Source of the DNA: Schaalia meyeri | GTDB lineage: Bacteria > Actinomycetota > Actinomycetes > Actinomycetales > Actinomycetaceae | DNA length: 32,000 bases | Direction of reading: 5' to 3' | NCBI RefSeq assembly: GCF_900105015.1 | Contig: NZ_FNLK01000015.1 | Span: 90,001-122,000 of the forward strand | Shown here: piece after piece, positions 24,887 through 32,000 of the stretch | Position numbering within the stretch: position 1 is the stretch's first letter | Layout of the letters: each line of letters starts with the position of its first letter | Program-made: the position numbers and the translations under genes | The notes under the pieces: model-generated | What the model was told of the DNA's origin: nothing | What the model saw: the letters and a program-made list of their open reading frames with translations, nothing else | Database searches by the model: none

Positions 24887-26260
24887 ATGACAAGCACCCA
24901 CGGAGCCGGCGGCCCGACCTCCTCGTCGCCGCGGGAGGAGAACCCGGGACCGTCGGTGCCAACGATCACCACGGGCGCGATCCTCTCCCTGGCGCTGCCG
25001 TCCCTGGGCGCGCTCATCGCCGAACCTCTCTTCACCGTCATCGACTCCACGATGGTCGGCCACCTGGGAACCCCCGAGCTGGCTGGCCTGGGCATCGCGT
25101 CGACGGTCCTGAACACCGTCGTCGGCCTGTTCATTTTCCTGGCGTATTCGACGACCTCCCTGGCGGGTCGGCACCTGGGGGCGGGGAGGCGCGACCTGGC
25201 AATGCGCTCCGGAGTTGAAGCCATGTGGTTGGCCGTGTGCCTGGGGGCGCTCGCCGCGATCCTCCTGACTCTCTTCTCCTCCCCGCTGCTGTCCTGGCTG
25301 GGGGCCGACGCGGCGACCATGCCCCACGCGCGCGCCTATCTGCGGTCCTCCGCGCCCGGCCTGATCGGCATGTTCGTGGTCCTGGCCACCACCGGCACGC
25401 TGAGGGGCCTGCAGGACACGCGCACCCCGCTGGTCGCGGCGTCCGTGGGAGCGGCCTTCAACGCGGCCGCGAACTGGACGCTCATGTACCCCCTCGGCCT
25501 GGGGGTCGCCGGGTCCGGCCTGGGGACGACCATCACGCAAAGCCTCATGGCGGCCTTCCTGGCGTGGGTGGTCGCGCGCGGCGCGCGCCGGGAGGGCGTC
25601 AGCCTGCGCCCCTCCACATCCGGGCTCTTGTCAGCAGCCGTCGCTGGCGTCCCTCTCCTGGTGCGCACCCTGGCCCTGCGCGTCGCCCTGCTGGCCACCC
25701 TGGCCGCCGTCACCGCCATCTCCACGCAGGCGCTCGCCGCCCACCAGATCGTGTGGACGCTGTGGAGCTTCGCCGCCTACGTCCTCGACGCCCTCGCGAT
25801 CGCCGCGCAGGCGCTCGCTGGATTCACCCAGGGCAGCGGCCAGCGGGGGGCCATGCGCCCCCTGGTGCGCACCCTCGCCCGCTGGGGGGTCGGTTTCGGC
25901 GCGGTCGTCGGCCTCGCCCTGGCGGTGACCTCCCCGTGGATCACTCGCATTTTCACGACCGACCACACCGTCATCGACTACGCGACCGTCGCCCTCATCG
26001 TCGGCGCTCTCTTCCAGCCCATCGCCGGGTACGTGTTCCTGCTGGACGGAATCCTGATCGGCGCGGGACGCGGCCGCTACCTGGCCGCAGCGTCCGTCGT
26101 CACCCTCGTTGCCTACGCGCCCGCCTTGTGGGGCATCGCCCACTCGACCGCCCTGGCTGCTCGCCCCTGCCTGGCGCTCGCGCTCGTGTGGCTCGCCTAC
26201 GCCGCCGTCTATACGGGCATGCGGGCGCTGACCAACGCCCTTGGCGCGCGTACCCTCTGA
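24887..26260 (+). CDS. MATE family efflux transporter (DinF-like)
   Basis: 12-TM profile with typical MATE N-terminus (ILSLALPSLGALIAEPLFTVIDSTMVGHLG). ATG 24887 has GGAG 6 nt upstream. ATG 24875 is an alternative start. The upstream track extension to 24719 crosses the regulatory repeats. Confidence 0.85.
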   Translation: MTSTHGAGGPTSSSPREENPGPSVPTITTGAILSLALPSLGALIAEPLFTVIDSTMVGHLGTPELAGLGIASTVLNTVVGLFIFLAYSTTSLAGRHLGAGRRDLAMRSGVEAMWLAVCLGALAAILLTLFSSPLLSWLGADAATMPHARAYLRSSAPGLIGMFVVLATTGTLRGLQDTRTPLVAASVGAAFNAAANWTLMYPLGLGVAGSGLGTTITQSLMAAFLAWVVARGARREGVSLRPSTSGLLSAAVAGVPLLVRTLALRVALLATLAAVTAISTQALAAHQIVWTLWSFAAYVLDALAIAAQALAGFTQGSGQRGAMRPLVRTLARWGVGFGAVVGLALAVTSPWITRIFTTDHTVIDYATVALIVGALFQPIAGYVFLLDGILIGAGRGRYLAAASVVTLVAYAPALWGIAHSTALAARPCLALALVWLAYAAVYTGMRALTNALGARTL

Positions 26261-26347
26261 GGTCATGCACGCGAGGCACCCCGCGCCTCGTCCGGCATCG
26301 AACGAATCGTGACCGGAAACGCCCTGGCAGCATCGCCCTCAAGCGTG

Positions 26348-26470
26348 TAAAATGTGTGGTTGGACTATCCGTATCCGCGGAAAGTCCAACAGGTCCTCAC
26401 GGGCCATACGCAACGCCCTCCTGTCACGGACCGTCCGTGACCGCAAAGACCATAGGAGGTGGGAACCAAC
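26348..26470 (+). promoter_or_regulatory. rpsF operon promoter (-10 TAAAAT) and structured 5' leader, candidate S6:S18-responsive leader
   Basis: TAAAAT at 26348-26353. Hairpin GTTGGACT (26359-26366) with AGTCCAAC (26383-26390). Hairpin GTCACGGA (26423-26430), loop CCG, TCCGTGAC (26434-26441). AGGAGG at 26455-26460. Confidence 0.4.
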
Positions 26471-26761
26471 GTGCGTAAATACGAACTGATGGTGATCCTC
26501 GATCCTTCGATCGACGAGCGCACCGTCGCCCCCACGATGGAAAAGTACCTGGCACCCGTGGCTGCGGGCGGCGGATCCGTCGAAAACGTTGACGTCTGGG
26601 GCAAGCGCCGCCTTGCCTACGACATCCTGAAGCGTTCCGAGGGCATCTACGTCGTCATCGACATGACCACGACCCCCGAGGTCGCTCTCGAGATCAACCG
26701 CCGCATGGGCATCGACGAGACCATTCTCCGTACGAAGCTTCTGCGCCCCGACGCTCACTGA
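26471..26761 (+). CDS. rpsF: 30S ribosomal protein S6
   Basis: (V)RKYELMVILDPS...VENVDVWGKRRLAYDI is canonical S6. GTG 26471 lies 10 nt after AGGAGG. The track start GTG 26459 would overlap the SD. Confidence 0.95.
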   Translation: MRKYELMVILDPSIDERTVAPTMEKYLAPVAAGGGSVENVDVWGKRRLAYDILKRSEGIYVVIDMTTTPEVALEINRRMGIDETILRTKLLRPDAH

Positions 26762-26796
26762 GCCGATACCACACCCTCTAAGCCCGAGGAGCCGAC

Positions 26797-27360
26797 ATGG
26801 CCGGAGATACCGTCATCACAATCATCGGCAACCTGACCGCCGATCCCGAACTGCGGTGGACGCAGTCCGGAGCAGCGGTCGCCGATTTCACGGTGGCCTC
26901 CACCCCCCGAACCTATGACCGAAACGCCGGCGAATGGCGCGACGGCGACACCCTGTTCATGCGCTGCTCCGTGTGGCGCGAGGCGGCTGAGAACGTCGCC
27001 GAGTCGCTGCGCAAGGGCATGCGCGTCATCGCATCGGGTCGCCTTACCCAGCGCTCGTACGAAACCCAGCAGGGAGAACGCCGCACGGTCGTTGAGATGC
27101 AGGTCGACGAGGTCGGCCCCTCCCTGCGTCGCGCGCGCGCGCAGGTCACCCGCACCACGCCCGCCGGCGGTGGCGGCTACCAGTCCGATAACCGCGGCTC
27201 GCAGGCAGCCCCCCAGGGCGGCGGATACGGCGGCGGACAGGGTGGATACGGCCAGGGCAGTGCCAACTACGGCGCACCGACCGGCGGCTCCCCCGAGGAC
27301 CCGTGGCGTTCCGCCCCTTCCGGCGGCGCCACCTCCTTTGGCGACGAGCCTCCGTTCTAA
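26797..27360 (+). CDS. ssb: Single-stranded DNA-binding protein
   Basis: OB-fold N-terminus [35 protein letters not shown], a Gly-rich linker and the acidic tip DEPPF. Confidence 0.95.
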   Translation: MAGDTVITIIGNLTADPELRWTQSGAAVADFTVASTPRTYDRNAGEWRDGDTLFMRCSVWREAAENVAESLRKGMRVIASGRLTQRSYETQQGERRTVVEMQVDEVGPSLRRARAQVTRTTPAGGGGYQSDNRGSQAAPQGGGYGGGQGGYGQGSANYGAPTGGSPEDPWRSAPSGGATSFGDEPPF

Positions 27361-27452
27361 CGTCGGTATCCCCGGGTATCCCCCGGTGGCGCCACGTCGA
27401 AGACAACACGCTTGGGGCGGACATGTCCGCCCGGATTCACTAGGAGACCATC

Positions 27453-27695
27453 ATGGCGAAGCCTCAACTTCGCAACAAGCCCATTAAGAAGAAGGCCAAC
27501 CCACTGAAGTCGGCCAAGATCGAAAAGATCGACTACAAGGACACCGCTCTGCTGCGCAAGTTCATCTCGGACCGCGGCAAGATCCGCGCGCGCCGCGTGA
27601 CCGGTGTTTCCACGCAGGAGCAGCGCAAGATCGCTCGCGCCGTCAAGAACGCGCGCGAGATGGCCCTGCTGCCCTACTCCTCGACCGGCCGCTGA
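27453..27695 (+). CDS. rpsR: 30S ribosomal protein S18
   Basis: [50 protein letters not shown] is canonical S18. Confidence 0.95.
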   Translation: MAKPQLRNKPIKKKANPLKSAKIEKIDYKDTALLRKFISDRGKIRARRVTGVSTQEQRKIARAVKNAREMALLPYSSTGR

Positions 27696-27715
27696 TAGGG
27701 AAGGACACAGCTGAT

Positions 27716-28177
27716 ATGGCTACCACGAAACTGATCCTCACCCACGACGTCCCGCGCCTCGGCCATGCAGGCGAGGTCGTCGAAGTCAAGGCTGGCTACG
27801 CCCGCAACTACCTGGTCCCCCGCGGTTTCGCCACCAAGTGGACGGCTGGCGCGCAGAAGCAGATCGACCAGATCGCCGCGGCCCGTCGCCGCCACGAGAT
27901 CGCCACGATCGACGACGCGCGCGCGGTGCGCGACGCCCTGCAGGGTGGCGCCATCGTCGAGATCACCGGTAAGGTCGGCAACGCCGGGCGCCTCTTCGGC
28001 GCCGTTTCCGCCGCCCAGATCGCCGAGGCGGTCAAGGAGCAGCTGGGACAGACCATCGACCGTCGCCGCGTCATCATCGCCTCGCCCATCAAAGCTGTTG
28101 GCGACCACACCGTGACCGTCGGGCTGCACCCCGAGGTGTCCGCGAACCTGAAGGTTCGCGTGTCCGCCGCGAAGTGA
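27716..28177 (+). CDS. rplI: 50S ribosomal protein L9
   Basis: KLILTHDVPRLGHAGEVVEVKAGYARNYLVPRGFA is canonical L9. Confidence 0.95.
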   Translation: MATTKLILTHDVPRLGHAGEVVEVKAGYARNYLVPRGFATKWTAGAQKQIDQIAAARRRHEIATIDDARAVRDALQGGAIVEITGKVGNAGRLFGAVSAAQIAEAVKEQLGQTIDRRRVIIASPIKAVGDHTVTVGLHPEVSANLKVRVSAAK

Positions 28178-28199
28178 CGGCTTAGCTCCGGAACCACCG

Positions 28200-28243
28200 A
28201 ACAGGGGTGGCCACCGCTCTGGCGGTGGCCACCCCTGTTTTTG
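28200..28243 (+). terminator. Rho-independent terminator of the rpsF-ssb-rpsR-rplI operon
   Basis: Perfect 17-bp stem, ACAGGGGTGGCCACCGC (28201-28217) with GCGGTGGCCACCCCTGT (28222-28238), extendable by A28200-T28239. The loop is TCTG. It is followed by TTTTTGTGTG. Confidence 0.8.
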
Positions 28244-28365
28244 TGTGAGGGCCAACAAAGTGGGCGCCGACGCGCTCACGAGCGGGCACGGGCGGGCGGG
28301 CGAAAAACCCCACGAGGATGCACCGCGCGCCACGCCGGGGCCGCGCCCACGGCTACGCGGCGGCG

Positions 28366-30714
28366 CTAGCCTCCTCGGTTATTGTTGTTCTGACCCCCGC
28401 CGTTTCCGGGTGGGTTGCCGTTGCCCGGCGGATTCCCATTGCCCGGCGGGTTACCGTTGCCCGGCGGGTTGCCGTTACCGCCGCCGTTTCCATTGCCGTC
28501 TCCTTCTCCATTACCCTTGTTGCCCCCCTTGTTTCCGTCCGAGGGCACGGTGGTGGGCGGCGCGGAGGGCGTCGGCTCGTCCGTGGGTTCGCTGGGGGAC
28601 TGCGGGGATTCCGAGGTGGCGCTCGGGGCGGGCGTCGGCGTGTTCTTGCGCGCCCGGCGCTTGGAACTGACCTTCCACGTGAAGTCTGTTGTCGTCATGT
28701 TCGCCGTCGCAGGCTTCATGTAGTCGATCCACACGTCGACGGGCCAGTCGCCGCCGTGGAACTGGTTGACCCTGCCAATGTTATCCAGCGGCACGGAGTT
28801 TCCTTCGTCATCGGACTGGTACATCGACACGGCCGTCACCATTCCGGGAACGAATCCGACGAACTGTGCGGAGAGCTGATCCGACGCGGTCCCGGTCTTG
28901 CCCGCTGTCGTCAGGCGCGGGATGGAACGGTCGACGTTACTGGCTGTTCCATCCCCACCGGTCACGGCCTCGAGGGCGGGCATGATCGACGAGATCTCCT
29001 CGGCCTGGAACACGCGCTTCGGGGTGACGTCACCGCTGTAGAGGAGCTTGCTCCTGGAATCCTCCACCTTCTTGACGATGTGCGCATTCACGCGCTGGCC
29101 GCCGTTCGCAATCGTCGAATACGCGGTCGTCAGGTCAATGTTGTGCGGGGACGCAAAGCCCAGAACATTCAAGAGCTGGCCATTAAGACCCAGCGTGTCT
29201 TCTGGGATCCCGGCGTCAACGGCCGCCTTGAGGGTGTTCTCGGGGCCCACGTCCTGGTTCAAAGCGACGTACGCCGTGTTCATCGAGTATTCGGTGGCGC
29301 GCACCAGGGTGACGTTGCCGAAAGAGTATCCGCCGTCGTTCGAGACGGGCACATTCATGCCCGGAAAGTACTGCGGGGACTTGCCCGAATACGTGTCGTA
29401 GACAGAGCCTTCCTGGCGCGCGTTGGCCAGGAGCGCAAAGGGTTTAAAGGAGGAGCCCGCCATCGCGATGTCCTGGGTGACCGCGTTTTGCTGGCGCGTC
29501 AGATAGTCGGCGCCCGCATACTCCGCGAGGATCTCGCCGGTCTCGGGATCCATGGACGACAGCGCGACGTGCTGGTGCGTGGGATCCCAGCCGCTCACCT
29601 TGTTCATCCCCTCGGCGGCGGCGATCGCCTGATCCTGGTGTTCCTTGACGATCGTGGAGGTGATGCGCAGGCCGCCCTGGCTGATCTTGTCCTCGTCGAA
29701 CTGGCCGGACTTGATCAGCTCTGACTTCACCTGCGCCATGAGGTAACCGTTCGTGCCGGTCATGGACTCCCTGTTGAGCGTTTCCGGGTCGATGGTCTGG
29801 GGGAAGACCGCGGCGTCCGCCTGATCCTGCGTGATCCAGCCGTCCACGACCATCAGGTTCAGATCGCGGTTCCAGCGCTCCTTTGCCTTCTCGGGGTTGA
29901 CGGCGGGATCCCACGCGGAGGGCGCGGGGATGACCGATGCCAGCAGCGAGGCCTCGGAGAGGGTCAACTCGCTCGCTCCGTGGCCAAAGTACGCCTGCGC
30001 GGCCGCGTCGATGCCATACGCGCCGCGGCCGAAGTAGATGGTGTTCATGTAGGCGCCGATCACCTCGTCCTTGGACTTTTCCCGGTTGATCTTGATCGCC
30101 AGCACAGCTTCCTTGAGCTTGCCGCCATACGACGTGGTTTCACCGACGTAGTAGCGTTCGACGTATTGCTGGGTGAGCGTTGAGCCGCCCTGGCGCGCGC
30201 CGCCAAGCAGGTTGTTCACCAGGGCTCGGGCGATGCCCTTCAGGTCGACGCCGGAGTTCGTGTAGAACGTGCGGTCCTCGGAGGCGACGATCGCCTTGGA
30301 GACGTAATCGGGCAGCGTCGTCGTGTCGATGATCTGCCGGTTGATGTCGCCGAGCGTCCCGATCTCGGTGGTGCCATCCGCGTAGTAGACCGCTGTTTTC
30401 TGTGCGAGCGCCAGATCGTCCGGGGCGGGCACGGCCAGCGTGTTATAGAGGTACAGGAACACGCCCATGCCGGCGATAAAGGCACCGAGGATGAGGGTCA
30501 GGAACCCAAAGCCGATGCGCTTGGCCCAGCGCCTCTTTTTCTTCGCGGGGCCCTTTCGTCCCTCCGACGAGGCCGTGGCGGCCTTCCTGGATGAGCGCGT
30601 GGCGGGCGCTGAGGTCACCGAACGCCGCGAGGGCGCCTGATCGGGCCCGGCCGCGTTCGTTCCGCCCGACCCGATGATGTCGTTCCAGTCCATTTGTCCG
30701 TTGTGAGTCGCCAC
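28366..30714 (-). CDS. Class A penicillin-binding protein (glycosyltransferase GT51 + transpeptidase), PBP1A family
   Basis: Cytoplasmic tail plus TM (IGFGFLTLILGAFIAGMGVFLYLY). GT51 motifs IVASEDRTFYTNSGVD, GGSTLTQQ and RKLKEA-like KLKEAVLAIK. Transpeptidase motifs SSFKP, SxN (SMN) and KTGT. The start is GTG 30714 (AAAGGG upstream) or ATG 30693. Confidence 0.9.
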   Translation of the reverse strand: MATHNGQMDWNDIIGSGGTNAAGPDQAPSRRSVTSAPATRSSRKAATASSEGRKGPAKKKRRWAKRIGFGFLTLILGAFIAGMGVFLYLYNTLAVPAPDDLALAQKTAVYYADGTTEIGTLGDINRQIIDTTTLPDYVSKAIVASEDRTFYTNSGVDLKGIARALVNNLLGGARQGGSTLTQQYVERYYVGETTSYGGKLKEAVLAIKINREKSKDEVIGAYMNTIYFGRGAYGIDAAAQAYFGHGASELTLSEASLLASVIPAPSAWDPAVNPEKAKERWNRDLNLMVVDGWITQDQADAAVFPQTIDPETLNRESMTGTNGYLMAQVKSELIKSGQFDEDKISQGGLRITSTIVKEHQDQAIAAAEGMNKVSGWDPTHQHVALSSMDPETGEILAEYAGADYLTRQQNAVTQDIAMAGSSFKPFALLANARQEGSVYDTYSGKSPQYFPGMNVPVSNDGGYSFGNVTLVRATEYSMNTAYVALNQDVGPENTLKAAVDAGIPEDTLGLNGQLLNVLGFASPHNIDLTTAYSTIANGGQRVNAHIVKKVEDSRSKLLYSGDVTPKRVFQAEEISSIMPALEAVTGGDGTASNVDRSIPRLTTAGKTGTASDQLSAQFVGFVPGMVTAVSMYQSDDEGNSVPLDNIGRVNQFHGGDWPVDVWIDYMKPATANMTTTDFTWKVSSKRRARKNTPTPAPSATSESPQSPSEPTDEPTPSAPPTTVPSDGNKGGNKGNGEGDGNGNGGGNGNPPGNGNPPGNGNPPGNGNPPGNGGGQNNNNRGG
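28400..28480 (-). repeat. Imperfect 18-bp tandem repeats encoding (GNGNPP)x4 in the PBP C-terminal tail
   Basis: The plus strand reads ..GCCGTTGCCCGGCGGATT CCCATTGCCCGGCGGGTT ACCGTTGCCCGGCGGGTT GCCGTTACCGCCGCCGTT... The protein tail is GNGEGDGNGNGGGNGNPPGNGNPPGNGNPPGNGNPPGNGGGQNNNNRGG. Confidence 0.7.
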
Positions 30715-30847
30715 GTGTTCGCCCTTTCGCGGATTGTTGTATCTCTAGCGTAACCGTGTTTCCCCGAAGATCCCCAAAGTATGGGGTGCGACACAGAGGA
30801 TGCGCAGTCGCGCGATCGCCTGTTCGAGGCCACAATGCCGGGTCAGT

Positions 30848-32000
30848 TCACGACCACTGTTCCTCGGGCCTGCCCGGGGCCGCCCACAGGGTGTGAAAGA
30901 CGCCTTCCTTATCCGTGCGACGGTAGGTGTGGGAGCCGAAGAAGTCGCGCTGAGCCTGGATGAGGGCGGCGGGCAGGCGGGTCGCGCGGATCTGGTCGAA
31001 GTAGGCCAGCGAGGACGCGAACACGGGGATCGGGACCCCGGCCAGGGCCGCCTGAGAGACGATGCGACGCAGCGCGGGCGTGCACTCTTCGAATCGGGTC
31101 GCGAAGGGCTGCGCGGCCAGCAGGAGCGGCAGGGAGGGGTCGGCCTCGTAGGCGCGCGTGATGTCATCGAGGAACGCCGCGCGGATGATGCAGCCGTCGC
31201 GCCAGATGCGGGCCAGCGCCCCCTTGTCGATGTCCCAGCCGTATTCGGCGGCTCCGGCCTCGATTTCGTCGAAACCCTGCGAATAGGCGACGATCTTGGA
31301 GGCAAAGAGGGCGCGCCGCACATCCTCCACGAAGGCGGCCCGGGCCTCGTCCGTGTCGATGACGAGGGGGGAGGCGTTTCCGGCCATCCCCTGTCCGGCC
31401 GAGCGCTGAGCCGAGCCCGAGGAGGCCCCGCGCGCGAACGTCGCTTCGCCGATGGCGGTCACGGGGACGGCCAGGTCCAGGGCGGTCTGCACCGTCCACT
31501 TGCCGGTGCCCTTTTGCGAGGCAGCATCGACGATGAGGTCAACGAGCGGCGCGCCCGTGGATGCGTCCACCTGGCGCAGCACCTCGGCGGTGATCTCGAT
31601 CAGGTAAGAGTTGAGCTCGCCCCGGTTCCAGGTCGCGAAGATGTCCGCGATCTCACCGGGCTCGGCGCCCAGGCCCTCGCGCAGCAGGGCGTATGCCTCG
31701 GCGATGACCTGCATGTCGGCGTACTCGATGCCGTTGTGAACCATCTTCACGAAGTGGCCCGCACCGTTCGCGCCGATGTACGTGCAGCAGGGCACGCCGT
31801 CGTAGGTGGCGGAGATCGTCTCGAACATGGGGCCCAGGCGGTCGTACGAGGCCGGTGTTCCTCCCGGCATAATGGACGGCCCCCACAGGGCCCCCTCCTC
31901 GCCGCCGGAAACGCCCGCGCCCACGAAGTGCAGGCCGCGCTCGGCCACCCATTTCTCGCGGCGAATCGTGTCGGTGAACAGCGAGTTTCCGCAGTCGACT
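30848..32000 (-). CDS. gnd: 6-phosphogluconate dehydrogenase (decarboxylating), 5' end beyond the right edge
   Basis: GVSGGEEGALWGPSIMPGG, GAGHFVKMVHNGIEYADMQ, DKGALARIWRDGCIIRA and QRDFFGSHTY are canonical Gnd motifs. The frame stays open from 31948 to the window end, so roughly 100 N-terminal residues are missing. Confidence 0.92.
   Translation of the reverse strand, partial: VDCGNSLFTDTIRREKWVAERGLHFVGAGVSGGEEGALWGPSIMPGGTPASYDRLGPMFETISATYDGVPCCTYIGANGAGHFVKMVHNGIEYADMQVIAEAYALLREGLGAEPGEIADIFATWNRGELNSYLIEITAEVLRQVDASTGAPLVDLIVDAASQKGTGKWTVQTALDLAVPVTAIGEATFARGASSGSAQRSAGQGMAGNASPLVIDTDEARAAFVEDVRRALFASKIVAYSQGFDEIEAGAAEYGWDIDKGALARIWRDGCIIRAAFLDDITRAYEADPSLPLLLAAQPFATRFEECTPALRRIVSQAALAGVPIPVFASSLAYFDQIRATRLPAALIQAQRDFFGSHTYRRTDKEGVFHTLWAAPGRPEEQWS

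Noticed and set aside
28318-29724. 468-aa plus-strand ORF opposite the PBP gene, and the 23299..24570 ORF opposite dnaB
   Set aside because: Both lie antisense to genes with canonical PBP and DnaB motifs. Their composition is Arg/Gly/Val/Asp-rich with no domain signatures.

Overview
High-GC (about 67-77% in hand-counted core lines) actinobacterial chromosomal window, mostly housekeeping genes; the taxon cannot be fixed from sequence alone. No rRNA, tRNA, CRISPR or transposase/integrase genes were seen. Left to right:
(1) a PF06189-type 5'-nucleotidase.
(2) A minus-strand four-gene module of ABC ATPase, FtsX-like permease, intramembrane-sensing HisKA_3 kinase and LuxR-type response regulator.
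(3) An MFS exporter divergent from a FecB/FecCD/FecE-type iron-chelate ABC importer.
(4) A roughly 3.4 kb lower-GC (about 57-58%) accessory insert at 10402-13793.
(5) A tightly coupled heme operon, hemE-hemY-hemC-hemD-hemB-hemL, divergent from hemA-rarD.
(6) dnaB, a MATE exporter, rpsF-ssb-rpsR-rplI, a class A penicillin-binding protein and a truncated gnd.
The accessory insert is the main result. It encodes a tiny 2-TM protein and then what looks like an orphan ESX/type VII secretion effector module. That module has a 98-aa helical helper with a C-terminal YxxxE motif. It is followed by a 432-aa protein whose N-terminus is WXG100-like (W50-E-G52) and whose C-terminus has a complete calpain-like (peptidase C2) Cys-His-Asn catalytic core. 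Two tandem, translationally coupled, membrane-anchored paralogues follow. Their DNA is identical or nearly identical at both ends and diverges in a central 52-codon block. A 15-codon relic ORF that keeps the toxin 3' end bridges the two copies. I read this as a candidate, apparently uncharacterised, T7SS protease toxin with an immunity array. All family assignments rest on motifs read by eye and need HMM and structure checks.
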